Shown piece after piece: positions 20,540-43,479 of a stretch of 64,000 nucleotides of DNA; position 1 is the first letter of the stretch; each line of letters starts with the position of its first letter. The notes beneath the pieces are model-generated. The model ran no database searches and was not told the origin of the DNA. It saw nothing but the letters and a program-made list of their open reading frames with translations. The DNA is from the human T2T-CHM13v2.0 reference genome, Homo sapiens, in assembly GCF_009914755.1 (NCBI RefSeq), contig NC_060943.1. One strand, written 5' to 3'. Made by a program: the position numbers and the translations under genes.

Positions 20540-21150
20540 TGTGTGTGTGTGTCTATGTTTATTTGCATGTATGTCAATGATGCACATGTGACTGTACACG
20601 TGTGTACACGTGGTGTGCATGTCAGTGTGCACATGTGTATGTGTGTGCACATGTGCATGTATGTGTACCTTGCGTGTGCATGTATGTGCGTATGTGTATA
20701 CTGGCATTCATGAGTGTGCATATATGCGTGTGTGCACACATATCTGCATGTGTATGTGTACCTGCATATGCATGGGTGTGCACGTCAGCATGCATATGAG
20801 TGTGCATCCTTGCATGTGTGTACATGTGCATGTGTCTATATGAGTGCATGTACACATCTACGTGTGTGCGCCTGCATATGAGTGTGTGCATAGGTGAATT
20901 TGCATACGTGCATGTGTGTGGACATGCATGCCAGTGTGCACGTGTGTATGTGCACGTGTGTGGACACGGCACTGCATGTGCGTGTGCGCACACGTGTGTG
21001 GGCATGCATGTCACTATGGGTGTGTGCATGTGTGTGGGCGTGTGTATACGTCACTGTAGGTGCGTGGATATGTGCGTGCGTGGGTGTGTACATGTGTCTG
21101 CATGTGTACATGCGTGTGCGTGTGTGTGCGCACGGGCGTGCATGTGGATG
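20540..21150. repeat. Degenerate (TG/CA/TA) purine-pyrimidine alternating tract
   Basis: About 600 bp of gtgtgcatgtgt-type sequence. Confidence 0.92.
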
Positions 21151-21995
21151 CTTGGGCTGAGATGCCGAGACTCAGACACAGATTGCATCACCCATGCAGT
21201 CGCCTCCCTAAGTCCCCGTCTCGGTGGTGTCACCAGCCGGCACTGACTCAGGAGCAGCCATGCCCCCAGCAGAGGACTAAGCCAACAGCAGCAGAACTGG
21301 CCACGCACTGAGTCAGCCAGGAACGCCCCTCCCAACTGCCTCCCTGCAGAGGCGCACGGGTGCCGGGCACCCCGACCTGAATGAGCTTGCCTCGGGGCCC
21401 GTGGCCCGGGGAAGCTGTGGGAGGGGCGGGAGCAGGCAGCTCCGGGGGCAGGGCCAGGTGGTCAAAGGTGCACACAGTCCCCACGGCTCCCTCCTGACGG
21501 TCGGGCTCTGCCTCGGTGCACAGGCCCCTGCAGGCAGGCAAGGCTCCAGGCCAGGCTCTCCAAAAATAAAACTGAAGAGGGACGCCGCCCGGCCCCGCGC
21601 TGGCCTCCTAGCAAAAGGCTCATAGCCACACCCGAGTCTAAGCCCGCCTCGTGCAGAAAAATCCCACTCGCGCCTGAAAGTCAAGAAGGATGAGGGTACC
21701 CCCCACTCCAGGACATAGTGGAAATCTGTGGTCGCTCAGGGAAGGGTGACCAGCCCCGAAACAGAGCAGACCTGAGCTGATCAGACACCAGGCTTCAGTG
21801 CACACAAGGGTTGAACAAAACCGCAGGACAGGAGCTGGCAGCACCGGCAGGGAGGGAGGTGGGACCACAGGGACCCCCAGGGAGCAGCCGCCCTCTAACC
21901 CCTTGCTCCGGCAGTTATCCCGAGGGCAAAAAATGAAAAGAAATAAAAATCTACATATAGAAAGGCGTTTATAATTGCGTTATGTGTAAGAGTGA

Positions 21996-22405
<410 letters not shown>

Positions 22406-22629
22406 TAGCCAGGATGGTCTCGATCTCCTGATCTTGTGATCCGCCTGCCTCGGCCTCCCAGAGTGCTGGGATTAAAGGCGTGAGCCACTGCGCCTGGCCA
22501 ATTTTTGTATTTTTAATAGAGACGGGGTTTCCCCATGTTGGCCAGGCTGGTCTCAAACGCCTGACCTCAGGTGATCCACCCGCCTCGACCTCCCAAAGTG
22601 CTGGGATTACAGGCGTGAGCCACCGCGCC

Positions 22630-23361
<732 letters not shown>

Positions 23362-23919
23362 TGAGCCACTGCTCCCGGCCCTATCTTAACTTTTTATTTT
23401 GAAACAATTATGGACTCAGGCAGTTGCAAACATAGTCCAGGGAGCCCCACGCACCCTCTCCCGGTCCCCTCCAGGGCGACGTCACCTGTGACTATGAGAC
23501 ACTATCAGAACCGGGACCCTGAGGTCAGCCCAATGCTGTGTCTCACTCAGACGGCACCACTCCCACCGGCCCTCATCTGGGGGTGCAGAGGGAGTTTTGG
23601 TGTCGCGCATCCCTCCAGGAAGGGGGCCTGGGTTCCTGCCTGGAGGCATCGCCCCTCTGGAGCTGTGCCCCCGCCCTGGAACCTGTCCCCACTGGGAGGA
23701 GGAGAGGAGGTGAGGAGGTGTGGCCTAAACGTTTGCTGAGCAGATGGCTGAGCAGACAAAGACCCAAAACTGCGACAAAATTGACAGTGGTGTCAGTAAA
23801 GAGAGACACAGCCTAGGGCCCCAGTCTGCAAAATGGGCTGAACTCCGAAGTTCCTAAAATCCTAAAGAGACCTGATCTACACCGGGAAGTTTAACTCACT
23901 CCAGTACAGGCCCTCTCCC

Positions 23920-24092
23920 TCTGGCTGGATCCTTTTCTGGGGTGGGGCTGTCCTGGGCACTGCAGGGTGCTGGGCAGCATCCCTGGTCTCCACCCACTCC
24001 TTGCCAGGAAACCCCCCCCCCCACCAGTGCGCCCACAGTCATGACCAGCACAAATGTCCCCAGACTTGGACAGGTGTCCCCTGGGGGAAAAT
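23920..24092 (-). mobile_element. MER20 (hAT-Charlie), solo copy
   Basis: Reverse complement reads ggagtgggtggagaccagggatgctgcccagcaccctgcagtgcccaggacagcccc. Confidence 0.8.
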
Positions 24093-24227
24093 TTTAGGCC
24101 TTTATGGAACTCCCTTATCAGGAGAAATCCTGCAGCTCAGAGTGGTTCCCTTAGGCAAAACGCAAAGAGTTTGAACCCAGCTGACTGAAGGCCCCAAAAA
24201 TAAATGGTACTGAATGAAAATATGCTA

Positions 24228-24341
<114 letters not shown>

Positions 24342-24393
24342 CTAAAAATACAAAAAAATGAGCCAGGCATGGTAGTGCGTGCCTGTAATTCTA

Positions 24394-24504
<111 letters not shown>

Positions 24505-24621
24505 CTAAAAAAAAAAAAAAAAAAAAAGGCCTGGCTCAGTGGCTCACGCCTGTAATCCCAGCACTTTGGGAGGCCGAGGCGGGCAGATCACGAGGCCAGG
24601 AGATACAGACCATCCTGGCTA

Positions 24622-25365
<744 letters not shown>

Positions 25366-26270
25366 TTAAAAATCAGCATGGATCGGATTCGGGATAGAGC
25401 CACAAACTGGGTGTCCTGAAATTACCCATTTTTGTGTTGGTGGGTTTTTTTGTTTGTTTGTTTGTTTTTTGGAGATGATGGCTCACTCTGTCGCCCAGGC
25501 TGGAGTGCAGTGGCACCAACTCGGCTCACTGCAACCTCCGCCTCCCGGGTTCAAGCGATTCTCTTGCCTCAGCCTCCCGGAGTAGCTGGGATTACAAGCA
25601 TGCGCCACCACGCCCGGCTAATTTTTGTATTTTTAGTGGAGACAGGGTTTTGCCATGTTGGCCAGGCTGGTCTCGAACTCCTGACCTCAGGTGATCCACC
25701 TGCCTGGGCCTCCCAAAGTGCTGGGATGACAGGCGTGAGCCACCACGCCCGGCCCATTTTTGTGTTGTTGAACTTAAAGCATGAGCTTGGGCAAATCCCT
25801 TCTTCTTCTGAGCCATAGGGTAAAGGTGAGAGGAGAGTCTTGTAAGCTCCGTGATGAGTTCCAGAAGTCCAGGGTGACCAGTCATGCTTAGATCATTTCC
25901 GTGTCATTTATGGACTCGATGAGAGACAAAAGGGCCTCTGGGGACTGTGAGTTGCATCAGCCTCTTGCTGAACTGACAGAACATTCAGGTTTCAGGGAGA
26001 GGTGAGGTCATTGCCAGGGATCTTGTTCAAGGGATAAGGGCTGACACCTGCTCCTGAAGAGGGACCACACGGTGCCTGCCTGGAAATGGAAAATCCGGGC
26101 TCGCACTCTGGCTCTGCTCCTGGTTTTTGGGTCTTGGCTTCCTCAGCTGGAAGATGAGAGGGCTCCTCTCAAGGCTGAGGATGGGTCCCCATTTGTCATC
26201 CTGTGGCTCCAAGATCAAGAGGATCTAGAATATCCATGACCTCCTTCTAAACGACTTGGACTTTGGGTTA

Positions 26271-26735
<465 letters not shown>

Positions 26736-27823
26736 TCACTTGAAGTCGGGAGTTTGAGACCAGCCTGGCCAACATGGTGAAACCCCGTCTCTATTAAAAT
26801 ACAAAAATTAGCTGGACGTGGTGGCGGGTGCCTGTAGTCCCAGCTACTCAGGAGGCTGAGGTACAACAATCACTTAAACCCGGGAGGCAGAGGTTGCAGT
26901 GAGCTGACGTTGTGCCACTGCACTCCAGCCTGGGTGACAGAGTGAGACCCTGTCTCAAAAAAGAAAGAAAAGCTGGACAGAATGTCAAAGCATCTGCTCA
27001 AGGGCCTGCAGCGTTATTAAGATAATGGAGAATTTCCAGCCAGGATTTAGGGGAGGATCGAAAGAGAGCCTGGGTTTGGGGTCACTTTTTCCTGGGGTTG
27101 GGAGGGTTTGCTGAGAGGCCGAGTGATATTTCTATCAGCTTCACGAGGCCAAGGGTACAGAAATTGAGGTCCAGGGTTTCCTGAGGAGAGAAGGCTTGGT
27201 AAATTCCCCCTTGGTGTGAATTGGGACAACTTAATATTGCACTGTAAGAGTAACGGTCACAGCTGGGCACAGTGGCTCACGCCTGGAATCCCAGCACTTT
27301 GGGAGACCGAGGCAGGTGGATGACCTGAGGTCGGGAGTTCAAGACTAGCCTGGTCAACATGGTGAAACCCCGTCTCTACTAAAATACAAAAATTAGCTGG
27401 GCATGATGGCGGGTTCTTGTAATCCCAGCTAGTCAGGAGGCTGAGATGAGAGAATCGCTTGAATCCGGGAGACGGTGGTTGCAGTGAACCGAGATCGTGC
27501 CACTGTATTCCAGCTTTGGCAGCTGAGTGAGATTCCGTCTCAAAAAAAAAAAAAAAAAAAAAAAAAAAGGAGTAAAGATCAAGAGGAAGCAGACAGGTCC
27601 TTCTAGCAACTACAGCAGAGTTTTGAATAATCTCAATCCCTAATATTGGATTAAGGTGATGCGAGATTGCTGGTGGCCCCAAATGCCTGGAAGAAGTAAA
27701 CATAAATCCCCTCTGGAGGAAAATAATACGATCCCAGGCCTCAGATTATTTCTACATGCAAATCCGCAATACAGGCCGGGCGCGGTGGCTCACGAGGTCA
27801 GGAGATCAAGACCATCCTGGCTA

Positions 27824-28169
<346 letters not shown>

Positions 28170-28188
28170 TCATGAGGTCAGGAGATCA

Positions 28189-30060
<1,872 letters not shown>

Positions 30061-30399
30061 GGAAAGAGCTTGATAAGATAATTCTAAAATTCCAGTGGAA
30101 AGATCAACAGGAAGTGAAAAACTCTGCAAAAGCCTTAGAACAAACACACATGAATCATATCAGCCTTCAGCTCAGTCCTCACCTCCAACCAACCCACAAC
30201 AGAAGATGTTCTATGCTTCTGCCTTCACATTTTTATTATACGATTTTTATTATATAATTTTGGTCACGGGATTCCAGTGATAGGAGTTATAAATATTACT
30301 TCAGGAGTTTACTAGTGACATTAATTGAATTTTGCAATTCTACACACACACAAAATGAAGTCAGCATCTGAAAAAATATATATACATCCTCATCCGCTG

Positions 30400-30800
30400 T
30401 GACTGGTCCAATGTCAGTGTGATAAGACTCAATGCCAGCTGTCCCCAGAGACTTTTCTTCAGTCCAGCCAGCCCCTCCTTGGATGTCCACTTCAGCAGTG
30501 CTCTGCAGCCTCAGGCAGATCCCCGTGTACTCCACCAGTGGCCTCCGCTCCACTCCCCACTCCCTCCATCTCCTAACAGCTAGAGTGCGCTTCTGAAAAT
30601 GCAGTTGAATCTGTTCCTCCCCTACTCAGAAACCACCAGCAGCTTCCAATTCCTTACAAAATCAAGTGCAAAAATCAAGGCTTATTGTTCAATTCCCACT
30701 GCTAGGAATTCTTCCCCCAGCTCCAATCCCATCAAAGAACTGCCTTCTCTGATGCATGGCCCCAGGATCATCTCCCTTCTCACCCTGTGGCCTCATGAGC
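30400..30800. mobile_element. L2 fragment
   Basis: Degenerate L2-like ccttggatgtcc...cagctagagtg...ttcctcccctactcagaaac. Confidence 0.45.
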
Positions 30801-30894
30801 TCAGCATTTTCCAGATTCGGAAATCCTGGAGGGGGCCATGAGGGAGATGGCTGTCCCTGGGAAACTAAGACCCAGAGAAGGTAGATGGCTTGCC

Positions 30895-31310
30895 CAGAAG
30901 ATATTTATTATAAGAAATTGGCTCACATAATTATGGAGGCTGAGAAGCCATAAGATGTACAATTGGCAAGCTAGAGAGACACGAGAACTGATAGTTTCTG
31001 TCTGAAAGCCAGCAGGCTTGAGACCCAAGAGCAGATGTTTCCACTGGAGTCCAAAGGCTGGAAAAACCTATCTGTCAGCTTGAAGGCTGCCAGGCAGGAG
31101 GAATTATCTCTTACTTAGCATTTTTGTTCTATTGAGGGCTTTAACTGATTAGATGAGGCCCCCACATTGGGGAGGGGGAGGAATATGCTTTACACAGCCT
31201 ATGGTTCATTTCATCCAGAAACATTCTCACAGACACACAGAATAACATTTAAACAGATATCTGTGCACCCCATGGACCAGTCAAGTTAACACATAAAATT
31301 AACAGTTACA
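30895..31310 (-). mobile_element. MLT2 (ERVL) LTR
   Basis: gatatttattataagaaattggctcacataattatggaggctgagaag...cagtcaagttaacacataaaattaac. Confidence 0.8.
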
Positions 31311-31510
31311 ACAATCTTGGAGCCAGTCATTCAGCCCACCACATCATTCTCTCATGGCCCTCTGTTTCTTTTCTTGTAGTATTTATAATTTGATATTTGA
31401 GTTGTATGCCTACTGGACTGTCAGCCTCATGAGGCCAAAGATCTGGGGGCTGGGTGCAGTGGCTCATGCTGGTAGTCCCAGCACTTTGGGAGGCTGAGGC
31501 AGGAGGATCA

Positions 31511-31795
<285 letters not shown>

Positions 31796-32012
31796 TCAAG
31801 AGACATTTGCTTGGGGCCTGAAGCGGGGGCTATGCCTGTCTTTGCAGATGTCGACCTTAACCCTGGAAGATCTCTTTCCCCTGTGACATATTCCTTCTTT
31901 ATGATGCGGGCTTCAAATGTTATTTCTTTTTGGAACACATGTTTTTTAATGGCTTCTAGCACCAGGTGACCTTGACTCGGAATTCCTAGAACACGGTACA
32001 CTCGGAAAGTCA

Positions 32013-32249
<237 letters not shown>

Positions 32250-32440
32250 TCAGCTACTTGGATGGCTGAGGCAGGAGGATCGCTTGAGTCCAGGAGTTGG
32301 AGGCTGCGGTGAGTTATGACCACACCACTGTACTTCAGCCGGGCAACAGAGTGAGACATATCTCAAAAAGAAAAGAAGGCCGGGCGCGGTGGCTCCCACC
32401 CGTAATCCCAGCACTTTGGGAGGCCGAGGTGGGCGGATCA

Positions 32441-32737
<297 letters not shown>

Positions 32738-32985
32738 CTAATCAGAACTAAAGTGAAAGATTAAAACAATCGATGTTTTGTTTGTCTTGGAGCAAGAAAT
32801 ATAAGATCTGTGTTTCTGGCTTGCAGACAAGAGCACTGCCGCACTGAAGCGTGTGTGGGTCGTATATGTGACAGAGCACAGGAGGCCTGCAGCGAGGTCC
32901 CGACAGGGAGGACTTTCTTGGGTCGGAGACCTGGTTCTGAGCACGTCCCCTGGACTTCCCTGAGCCTCAGCTTTCTCGGCTGTAA

Positions 32986-33396
<411 letters not shown>

Positions 33397-33430
33397 TAGC
33401 CAGGATGGTCTCCATCTCCTGACCTCGTGA

Positions 33431-33757
<327 letters not shown>

Positions 33758-33879
33758 TGAGCCATGGCACCTGGCTATAATAAAATAAATCTGATATAGA
33801 ATATAGAATAGGGTCATAATATATAAATGTAATCAACATATAATACACTGAGCATGCTCAAAGTGTACGGTTCTGATGG

Positions 33880-35553
<1,674 letters not shown>

Positions 35554-36084
35554 ACTTTTTTTTTTTTTTTGGATGGTGTTTCCCTCTTGTCACCCAGGCT
35601 GGAGTACAAAGGCGTGATCTCGGCTCACTGCAACCTTTGCTTCCTGATTCAAGCGATTCTCCTGCCTCAGCCTCCCGAGCAGCTGGGATTACAGGTGTCC
35701 GCCACCACGCCTGGCTAATTTTTGTATTTTTAGTAGAGACGGGGTTTCACCATGTTGGCCAGGCTGGTCTCGAACTCCTGAACTCAGGTGATCTGCCCGC
35801 CTCGGCCTCCCAAAGCGCTGGGATTACAGGCGGGAGACACTGCGCCCGGCCATAAGCTCAATTTTAGACACATACGATATCCAATGGGGGATGGACACAC
35901 ACCTGACACGGTCCCAGTGGAGCCCTGAATGGACCTCTGTGCTGGAGGCTGGGTGTCGTCCCTCCCCCAGCTGCCCTGTCTCATTGGCCAAAGGGTTTAG
36001 GGAGAACAACCTAGAGGCCTTGCTCATCCAGTGGCCTAAAGTTCTGCATTCTAAATACACACCATCGCAGGAACTCACACCTCT

Positions 36085-36415
36085 CCTTTCTCCTTCCTGC
36101 CTCCCTCCCTTCTTCTTTCTCTCTCCCTCTCCTTCCTTCCTTCCTCCTTCCCTCCCTCCCTCTTTCTCTTTCTTTCTTCTCTCTCCCTCTCCTTCCTGCC
36201 TTCCTTCCTTCCTCCCTCCCTCCTTCTCTCTCTCTTTCCTTCCTTTTTTCTTTCTTCTTTCTTTCTCTTTCTCTCTGGCTCTCCCTCCCTCCCTCCCTCC
36301 CTTCCTTCCCTCCTCCCTCCCTCTCTCTCTCTCTCTGTTTCTTTCTCAATTTCTTTCTTTTCTTTTCTCCTTCCTTCCTTCCGTCTCTCTCTCTCTTTCT
36401 TTCTTTTTCTTCTCT
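36085..36415. repeat. CT-rich polypyrimidine tract
   Basis: About 330 bp of CCTT, CCCT and CTTT repeats preceding an antisense Alu. Confidence 0.92.
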
Positions 36416-37718
36416 GAGAAGGGGTCTTACTCTGTTGCCCAGGCTAGAGTACAGTAGTGTGATCCCACCTCACTGAAAACTTGAACTCCTGGGCCTAAGC
36501 CGTTCTCCTGCCCCAGCCTCCCAAGTAGCTGGGACCACAGGCACACACCACCATGCCCCCCTAATTTTTTAATTTTTTGTAGAGATGGGGGTCTCACTAT
36601 GTTGTCCAGGCTGGTTTTGATCTCCTGGCCTCCGGTGATCCTCCTGCCTCAGCCTCCCAAAGTGCTGGGATTACAGACGGAGCCTCCACACTCGGCCTGT
36701 GCTCTAAGACTGATTCTTGCCGGGACCCTTAGCCCGACGGCGTGCCCAGCCTGTGCAGAGGGTGGGTGCGTGGGCCCCTGCTCGGGGGTGGGTGGGCTGA
36801 ATCCAGGTGTCCTGGGCTGTAAAGCCAAGAAGCAGACAGCAGGCCTGGGGTGGTTGGAGATTTTGCGGGGACCCTGGGGGCGCTGAGGCTGGAGCATCCC
36901 GAGAAGTCCAAACCTGCCTGGCCTGTCTCTGCCGAGCAGACAGCGAGGCCCGCCGGGCAGCGGGACAGACTGGCTTCCCTCCTCCCGGGGAGACCTGCCG
37001 GAGCAAACCCAGCTCCTTTTTTAGGTCTGTGATGCCACGGCCACTCTTGGAGGTGTTTTCCAGCTGCACAGGAAGCCGTGACAGCGAGACCCAGAGAGGC
37101 TGGCGGTGGCTCTGAATTCCAAGCATAGTTCTCATAGTTGGGAAAGTGCCACTCCCGGCTCGATAAACCGACCAGGAGCCGCCGCCGCCAGGGCCATCTT
37201 CTCACCAGCAGGGAGAGAGCATGCAGCCGGTGGAGGCTTCTGAGAGCTGGCCGGGGCGGCCTGCGTAAAAGGACAGGAATGTCAAGAATGCACCCGGCCT
37301 GGCAGAGACAGGGACTTTACCGAGCGGCTCCTGGGCCTGGCGGCCAGAGAGGCGAGGGAGCGGGAGCTACCGAGGGTTCCTCCATCGGCAGGGAAGGTCC
37401 TGAGTCCCCCAGACCCTGTTAAAAGAGGCTGATCAGGTTGGGTGCGGTGGCTCGTGCCTGTAATCCCAGCACTTTGGGAGGCTGAGTCAGGAGAATTGCT
37501 TGAGGCCAGGAGTTCAAAGCCAGCCTGGGGCAACACAGTGAGACCCTGTCTCTAAAATAAAAAAATAAAAATAAATGTTCTTGGGGAAGCGAAGCCGAAT
37601 TTCAGGAGAACATAATGAGGGTGCAGTGAGCTGGGATGGCACCACTGCACTCCAGCCTGGGCAATACAGCGAGACCCTGCCTCTAAGTAAAAAAATCAAG
37701 GCCGGGGGCAGTGGCTCA

Positions 37719-38003
<285 letters not shown>

Positions 38004-38209
38004 TTAAAAGGTAAGCTGGGTGTGGTCGCACAAGCCTGTAGTCTCAGCTACTCCGGGAGGCTGAGGCGGGAGGATGGCTTGAGGCCAGGAGTTTGAGGTT
38101 GCAGTGAGCTAGGGTTTCACCATTGCACTCCAGACTGGGGGACAAAGTGAGACTCTGTCTCAAGAAAATAAAAATAAAATAAGAAAGGCTGATCAGGGCC
38201 GAGGGCTGA

Positions 38210-38702
<493 letters not shown>

Positions 38703-38932
38703 TGACAGCCAGCAAGGAAAGGGGGACTGCGCCCTACGACTGCAAGGAAGTGAATTCAGGAAGAACCTGAATGAGCTGGGGACGACAACTGGAAGCTTCG
38801 CGTCAGACAGCAGGCGGCTCACGTTTCAGTTTCAGCCTGGGAGACCCTGGGCAGAGGACGTCATTGCACCATGACCTCCAGAACTGTAAGCTCAGGCAGG
38901 CGTGTTGCTCTAAGCCACCACATATGCAGTAG

Positions 38933-39484
<552 letters not shown>

Positions 39485-40644
39485 TGACACAGGGTCTTGC
39501 TCTGTCACCCAGGCTGGAGTGCAGTGGTGCAATCACAGCTCACTGCAGCCTTGACCTCCTGGCCTCCAGAGATCCTCCCACCTCAGCCTTCTGAGTAGCT
39601 GGGACTACAGGTGTGCACCACCATGCCCGGCTAATTTTTAATATTTTTTCTTTTAGAGCTGGGGCCTCACCGTATTGCTCAGGCCAGTCTCAAACTCCTG
39701 GGCTCAAGCAATCCCTCTGCTTCGGCCTCCCAAAGTGCTAGGATCCCGGGCATGAACCCCCGCTCCCGGCCTGCAATTTTTCTTTTCACAGCCCTGAGAT
39801 GAGGGTGCAGCATTAAAACCCGTGCAGAGGGTGGCTGCTTCTCCATGAGCCGAGCAAACCGTCCTCCCATGGCTGCTTCCTGTAAACCGGCTCCTAAGGC
39901 CAGCGGGCGTTTGCTCTCCTGACGGCACAGGAAGTCAGGCTCAGCGAATTCCAGCTCAGAGCGGGCTCTGGCGGCTTCCAGGCAGCTCCACAATGAGGCG
40001 GCTGCGCTTTTCCAGTCTGCTCATCAAAGCAGAGCCAGCCTTGTGTGGCGCGGCGTGCCGGGGTGAGTCAGCCCCGGGGGAAGGTGGCCTTGAAGGCGGG
40101 AGGGGCGGCCGGCCTGCAGCAGCAACGTGAGAACAGAAGCAACCTTCATCTGGCTCTAAAACTTCCAGAACCAGTAGCTTTATAGCTCGCAGAGCTCCTG
40201 GACTCTTTCCTCCTGGGGGTCTGGCAATCCCCCACCTCTCACCCCTCCAAACCTCTGCCTGCCTCGAAAAAGGAAAGAAAAATAAACCCCAAGCAACAAA
40301 ACCAGCAACCAGATTTGGCAGGAGGGGAGACAATGCTTGGAGTGGAAACGTCAGCCCTTCCCCGTGGAGGGATGACTGCTTCTGAGAACACAGTGTTCAG
40401 AGACAAGAGAGACAGGGTGTTATGTTTAGAGAGGAAAAGATCCAAACCCAAACAAAATGGAACAGTAGTTTGGGAGAGAAGAGAAGGCTCCGAGGCACTG
40501 TGAGGAACAAGTCGCCTTCGTACAGTGGCTGGGGCAGCTGGGTTTGCAGAGAGCTGTGTCCCTGGGCACCTGCGTCAATGTGCACATCTGCACGCCTGCT
40601 GTGGGCACGAGGGCCTCAGCCATGAGCACCCCCGGGAGCCATGA

Positions 40645-40755
<111 letters not shown>

Positions 40756-40939
40756 TGAGTAGCTGGGGTTATAGGCGCCCCCCACCCCCACCACGCCCAG
40801 CTAATTTTTGCATTTTTAGTAGAGATGGGGTTTCACCATGTTGGCCAGGTTGGTCTCAAACTCCTGACCTCAGGTGATCTGCCCACCTTGGCCTCTCAAA
40901 GTGCTGGGATTTTAGGCATGAGCCACCGTGCTGGGCCAA

Positions 40940-41583
40940 CAGTGGCTCTTAATTGGGGGGGTGGGTGATTCAGCCCCGCCAGGAAACCCTGGGCGATGCC
41001 TGAGACATCTGTGGTTGTCGGGGTTGGGGGAGCTCCTGGCATGGAGTGGGTGGAGGCCAGGGGCGCTGCTCAGCAACCGTAAGTGCCCAGCACAGCCTCA
41101 CCCCAGAGAAGGATCTTACCCCACTGTCCACAGTGCTGAGGGAGAAGACCCTGAGTTAATTATTTGGGGAAAATGGGGTTCAATCCCTACCCACACTAGA
41201 ATAAGCTCCCAACGGGATGGATGGTGTGAACCAGGGGGACCCCCAACTCCTGGGATTCACCTCCTCTCTCCCTCCCAGCTCGGTGTGGATTTCATTGTGT
41301 GCAGCCTCCTGGGACCTCAGCACAGCAGAGGATCATGGGACGCAGAGTCTCTTGGGGGTCCGTGGAATCCCCTATCCCTGGGGGTTTCACCTAGAGGTAA
41401 TTCCGTCCCCCAGGGGACCCTGGGCGCTGTCTGGCGACATCTGTGGTTGTCGTAACTGGGGGGTGCTCCTGGCATGGAGTGGGTGGAGGCCAGGGATACT
41501 GCTCAGCACCCTGCAGTGCCCAGGACAGGCCCACCTCAGAGAACAATCTGGCCGCCATGTCTACAGTGCCTAGGGGACCCTGG
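40940..41583 (+). mobile_element. MER20-spacer-MER20 composite, copy B (uninterrupted)
   Basis: MER20 at ~40940-41153, a ~230-bp spacer, and MER20 at ~41385-41583. Confidence 0.85.
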
Positions 41584-41791
41584 TTTAGACTCTGCAGAAA
41601 GGTGCACACATAGGCCGGGCACGGTGGCTTATGCCTGTATTTCCAGCACTTTGGGAGACCGAGGCGGGCGGATCACTTGACGTCAGGGGTTCGAGACCAG
41701 CCTGGTCAACATAGTGAAACCCCATCTCTACTAAAAAAAAAATCAAAATTAGCTGGGCATGGTAGCGCATGCCTGTAATCCCAGCTACTCA

Positions 41792-42088
<297 letters not shown>

Positions 42089-43479
42089 CTACTCAGGAGT
42101 CTGAGGCAGGAGAATTGCTTGAACCCGGGAGGTAAAGGTTGCGGTGAGCCAAAATCGCGCCACTGCACTCCAGCCTGGGCAACGGAGCGAGACTCTGCCT
42201 CAAAAACAAAACAAAACAAAACAAAACAAACAAACGAAAAAGAAAGGTGCACACAGCTTCCAGAGCGGACACAGGGCATCAGGGTGAGAAGGCACAGGGC
42301 AACGATCAGGCGTTGATGTGTCCCCTGGCAGCTGGGATGCAGGCCCCCCACGGCCTGCCATGTTCTCACCAGGACGCCAAAGAGGGGACCCACGCAGAGC
42401 CCGGGGAGCCCGACTGAAATGGAAACTTCAATACAAGAGACAGGTCTGAGACTGGCCACACCTGCTGCCCGCTCCACAGAACCCCAGGGCCCCCTCAGCA
42501 ACCAGGGTCTGCATGCAGAGACCCTGCACCCAGCGTGGGCACCCACCCTGCACCTGCAGCCTCTCCAGGGCCAGGTCGCCCAGCAGGGCCTGGGAGGGCG
42601 GCTGTGTGTGGGGCCTTCCGTGCCAGCTCTGACCGTTGGTGGCTCTGTGACCTCAAGGCAGGGCCGTGGGGCCCAGGGCTGCGGGCGGGAGGGCCTCTGC
42701 CACATGGAAGGGAGGGCCGCACTGGCTGGAAAATAGTGCCTTGTGACTGTCCCTGTCAGTGTGGGCCCTTTGCTCTCAGGCTAAATCGGTCCCCGGGGCA
42801 GCTATATTTAGAAGGGGCTAAAGAGAGGGAATGAATGAGGTGCCCACGAGAAAGTGAAAAATAGACCAGCGGGGCAGGTCCCGCCGCTGCCTTCAGCCGG
42901 AGCTTGGAGCCTAAGAATGAGCCGGCTTGTTCAGACAAAGAGGCCGCGACGACAGAGGGTGACGCGCCGCCAGTGTGGGTTTGGTCGCCGCGGTGACGGG
43001 AGCAGGAGAAAAGAAAAGCTGCTCTCTGTCCACCCGGCGGTGGGGTCGGCGGGGGCGGGGGATGACCACGGTCATGTGAGAGTTTGCAAGCCCGGGAACC
43101 GGGGCCGGGCCAGGACACTGAACCCCGTGGCTCCTGTCACTCCAGTTCTGGGCTTCCCGGCTGAGGAAATGCTGTCACCCTGGCCCCGGGCCAGGGCAAG
43201 GGGCAGCGCCGGCCTCGTGACGGTGGTGCTCGGGAGCTGAAGGGCAGGAGGGTTAGGAAGAGAACAGAGGGCAGTACCGGGCCTTCCCACCTCAGCACAG
43301 GTGGGTCTTTCTCCACGCATGCCCCCCCCCCAGAAAACTCCTACACATCCTGCAAAGCCCCACCGATGTCATCCCCTCTGAGAAGCCCCTGATTGCAACC
43401 ATCTATGCACAGCCAGGCTGCACTAAAACCCCTTCTCCGCACACTGGCAGCTCCCTGGACGTTCGTTGTGTCCTGTGAC

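Noticed and set aside
20264-21335. Cys/His/Val-rich ORFs (also at 49685-50255 and 53230-53879)
   Set aside because: Artefacts of dinucleotide-type simple repeats, not zinc-finger or metallothionein genes.
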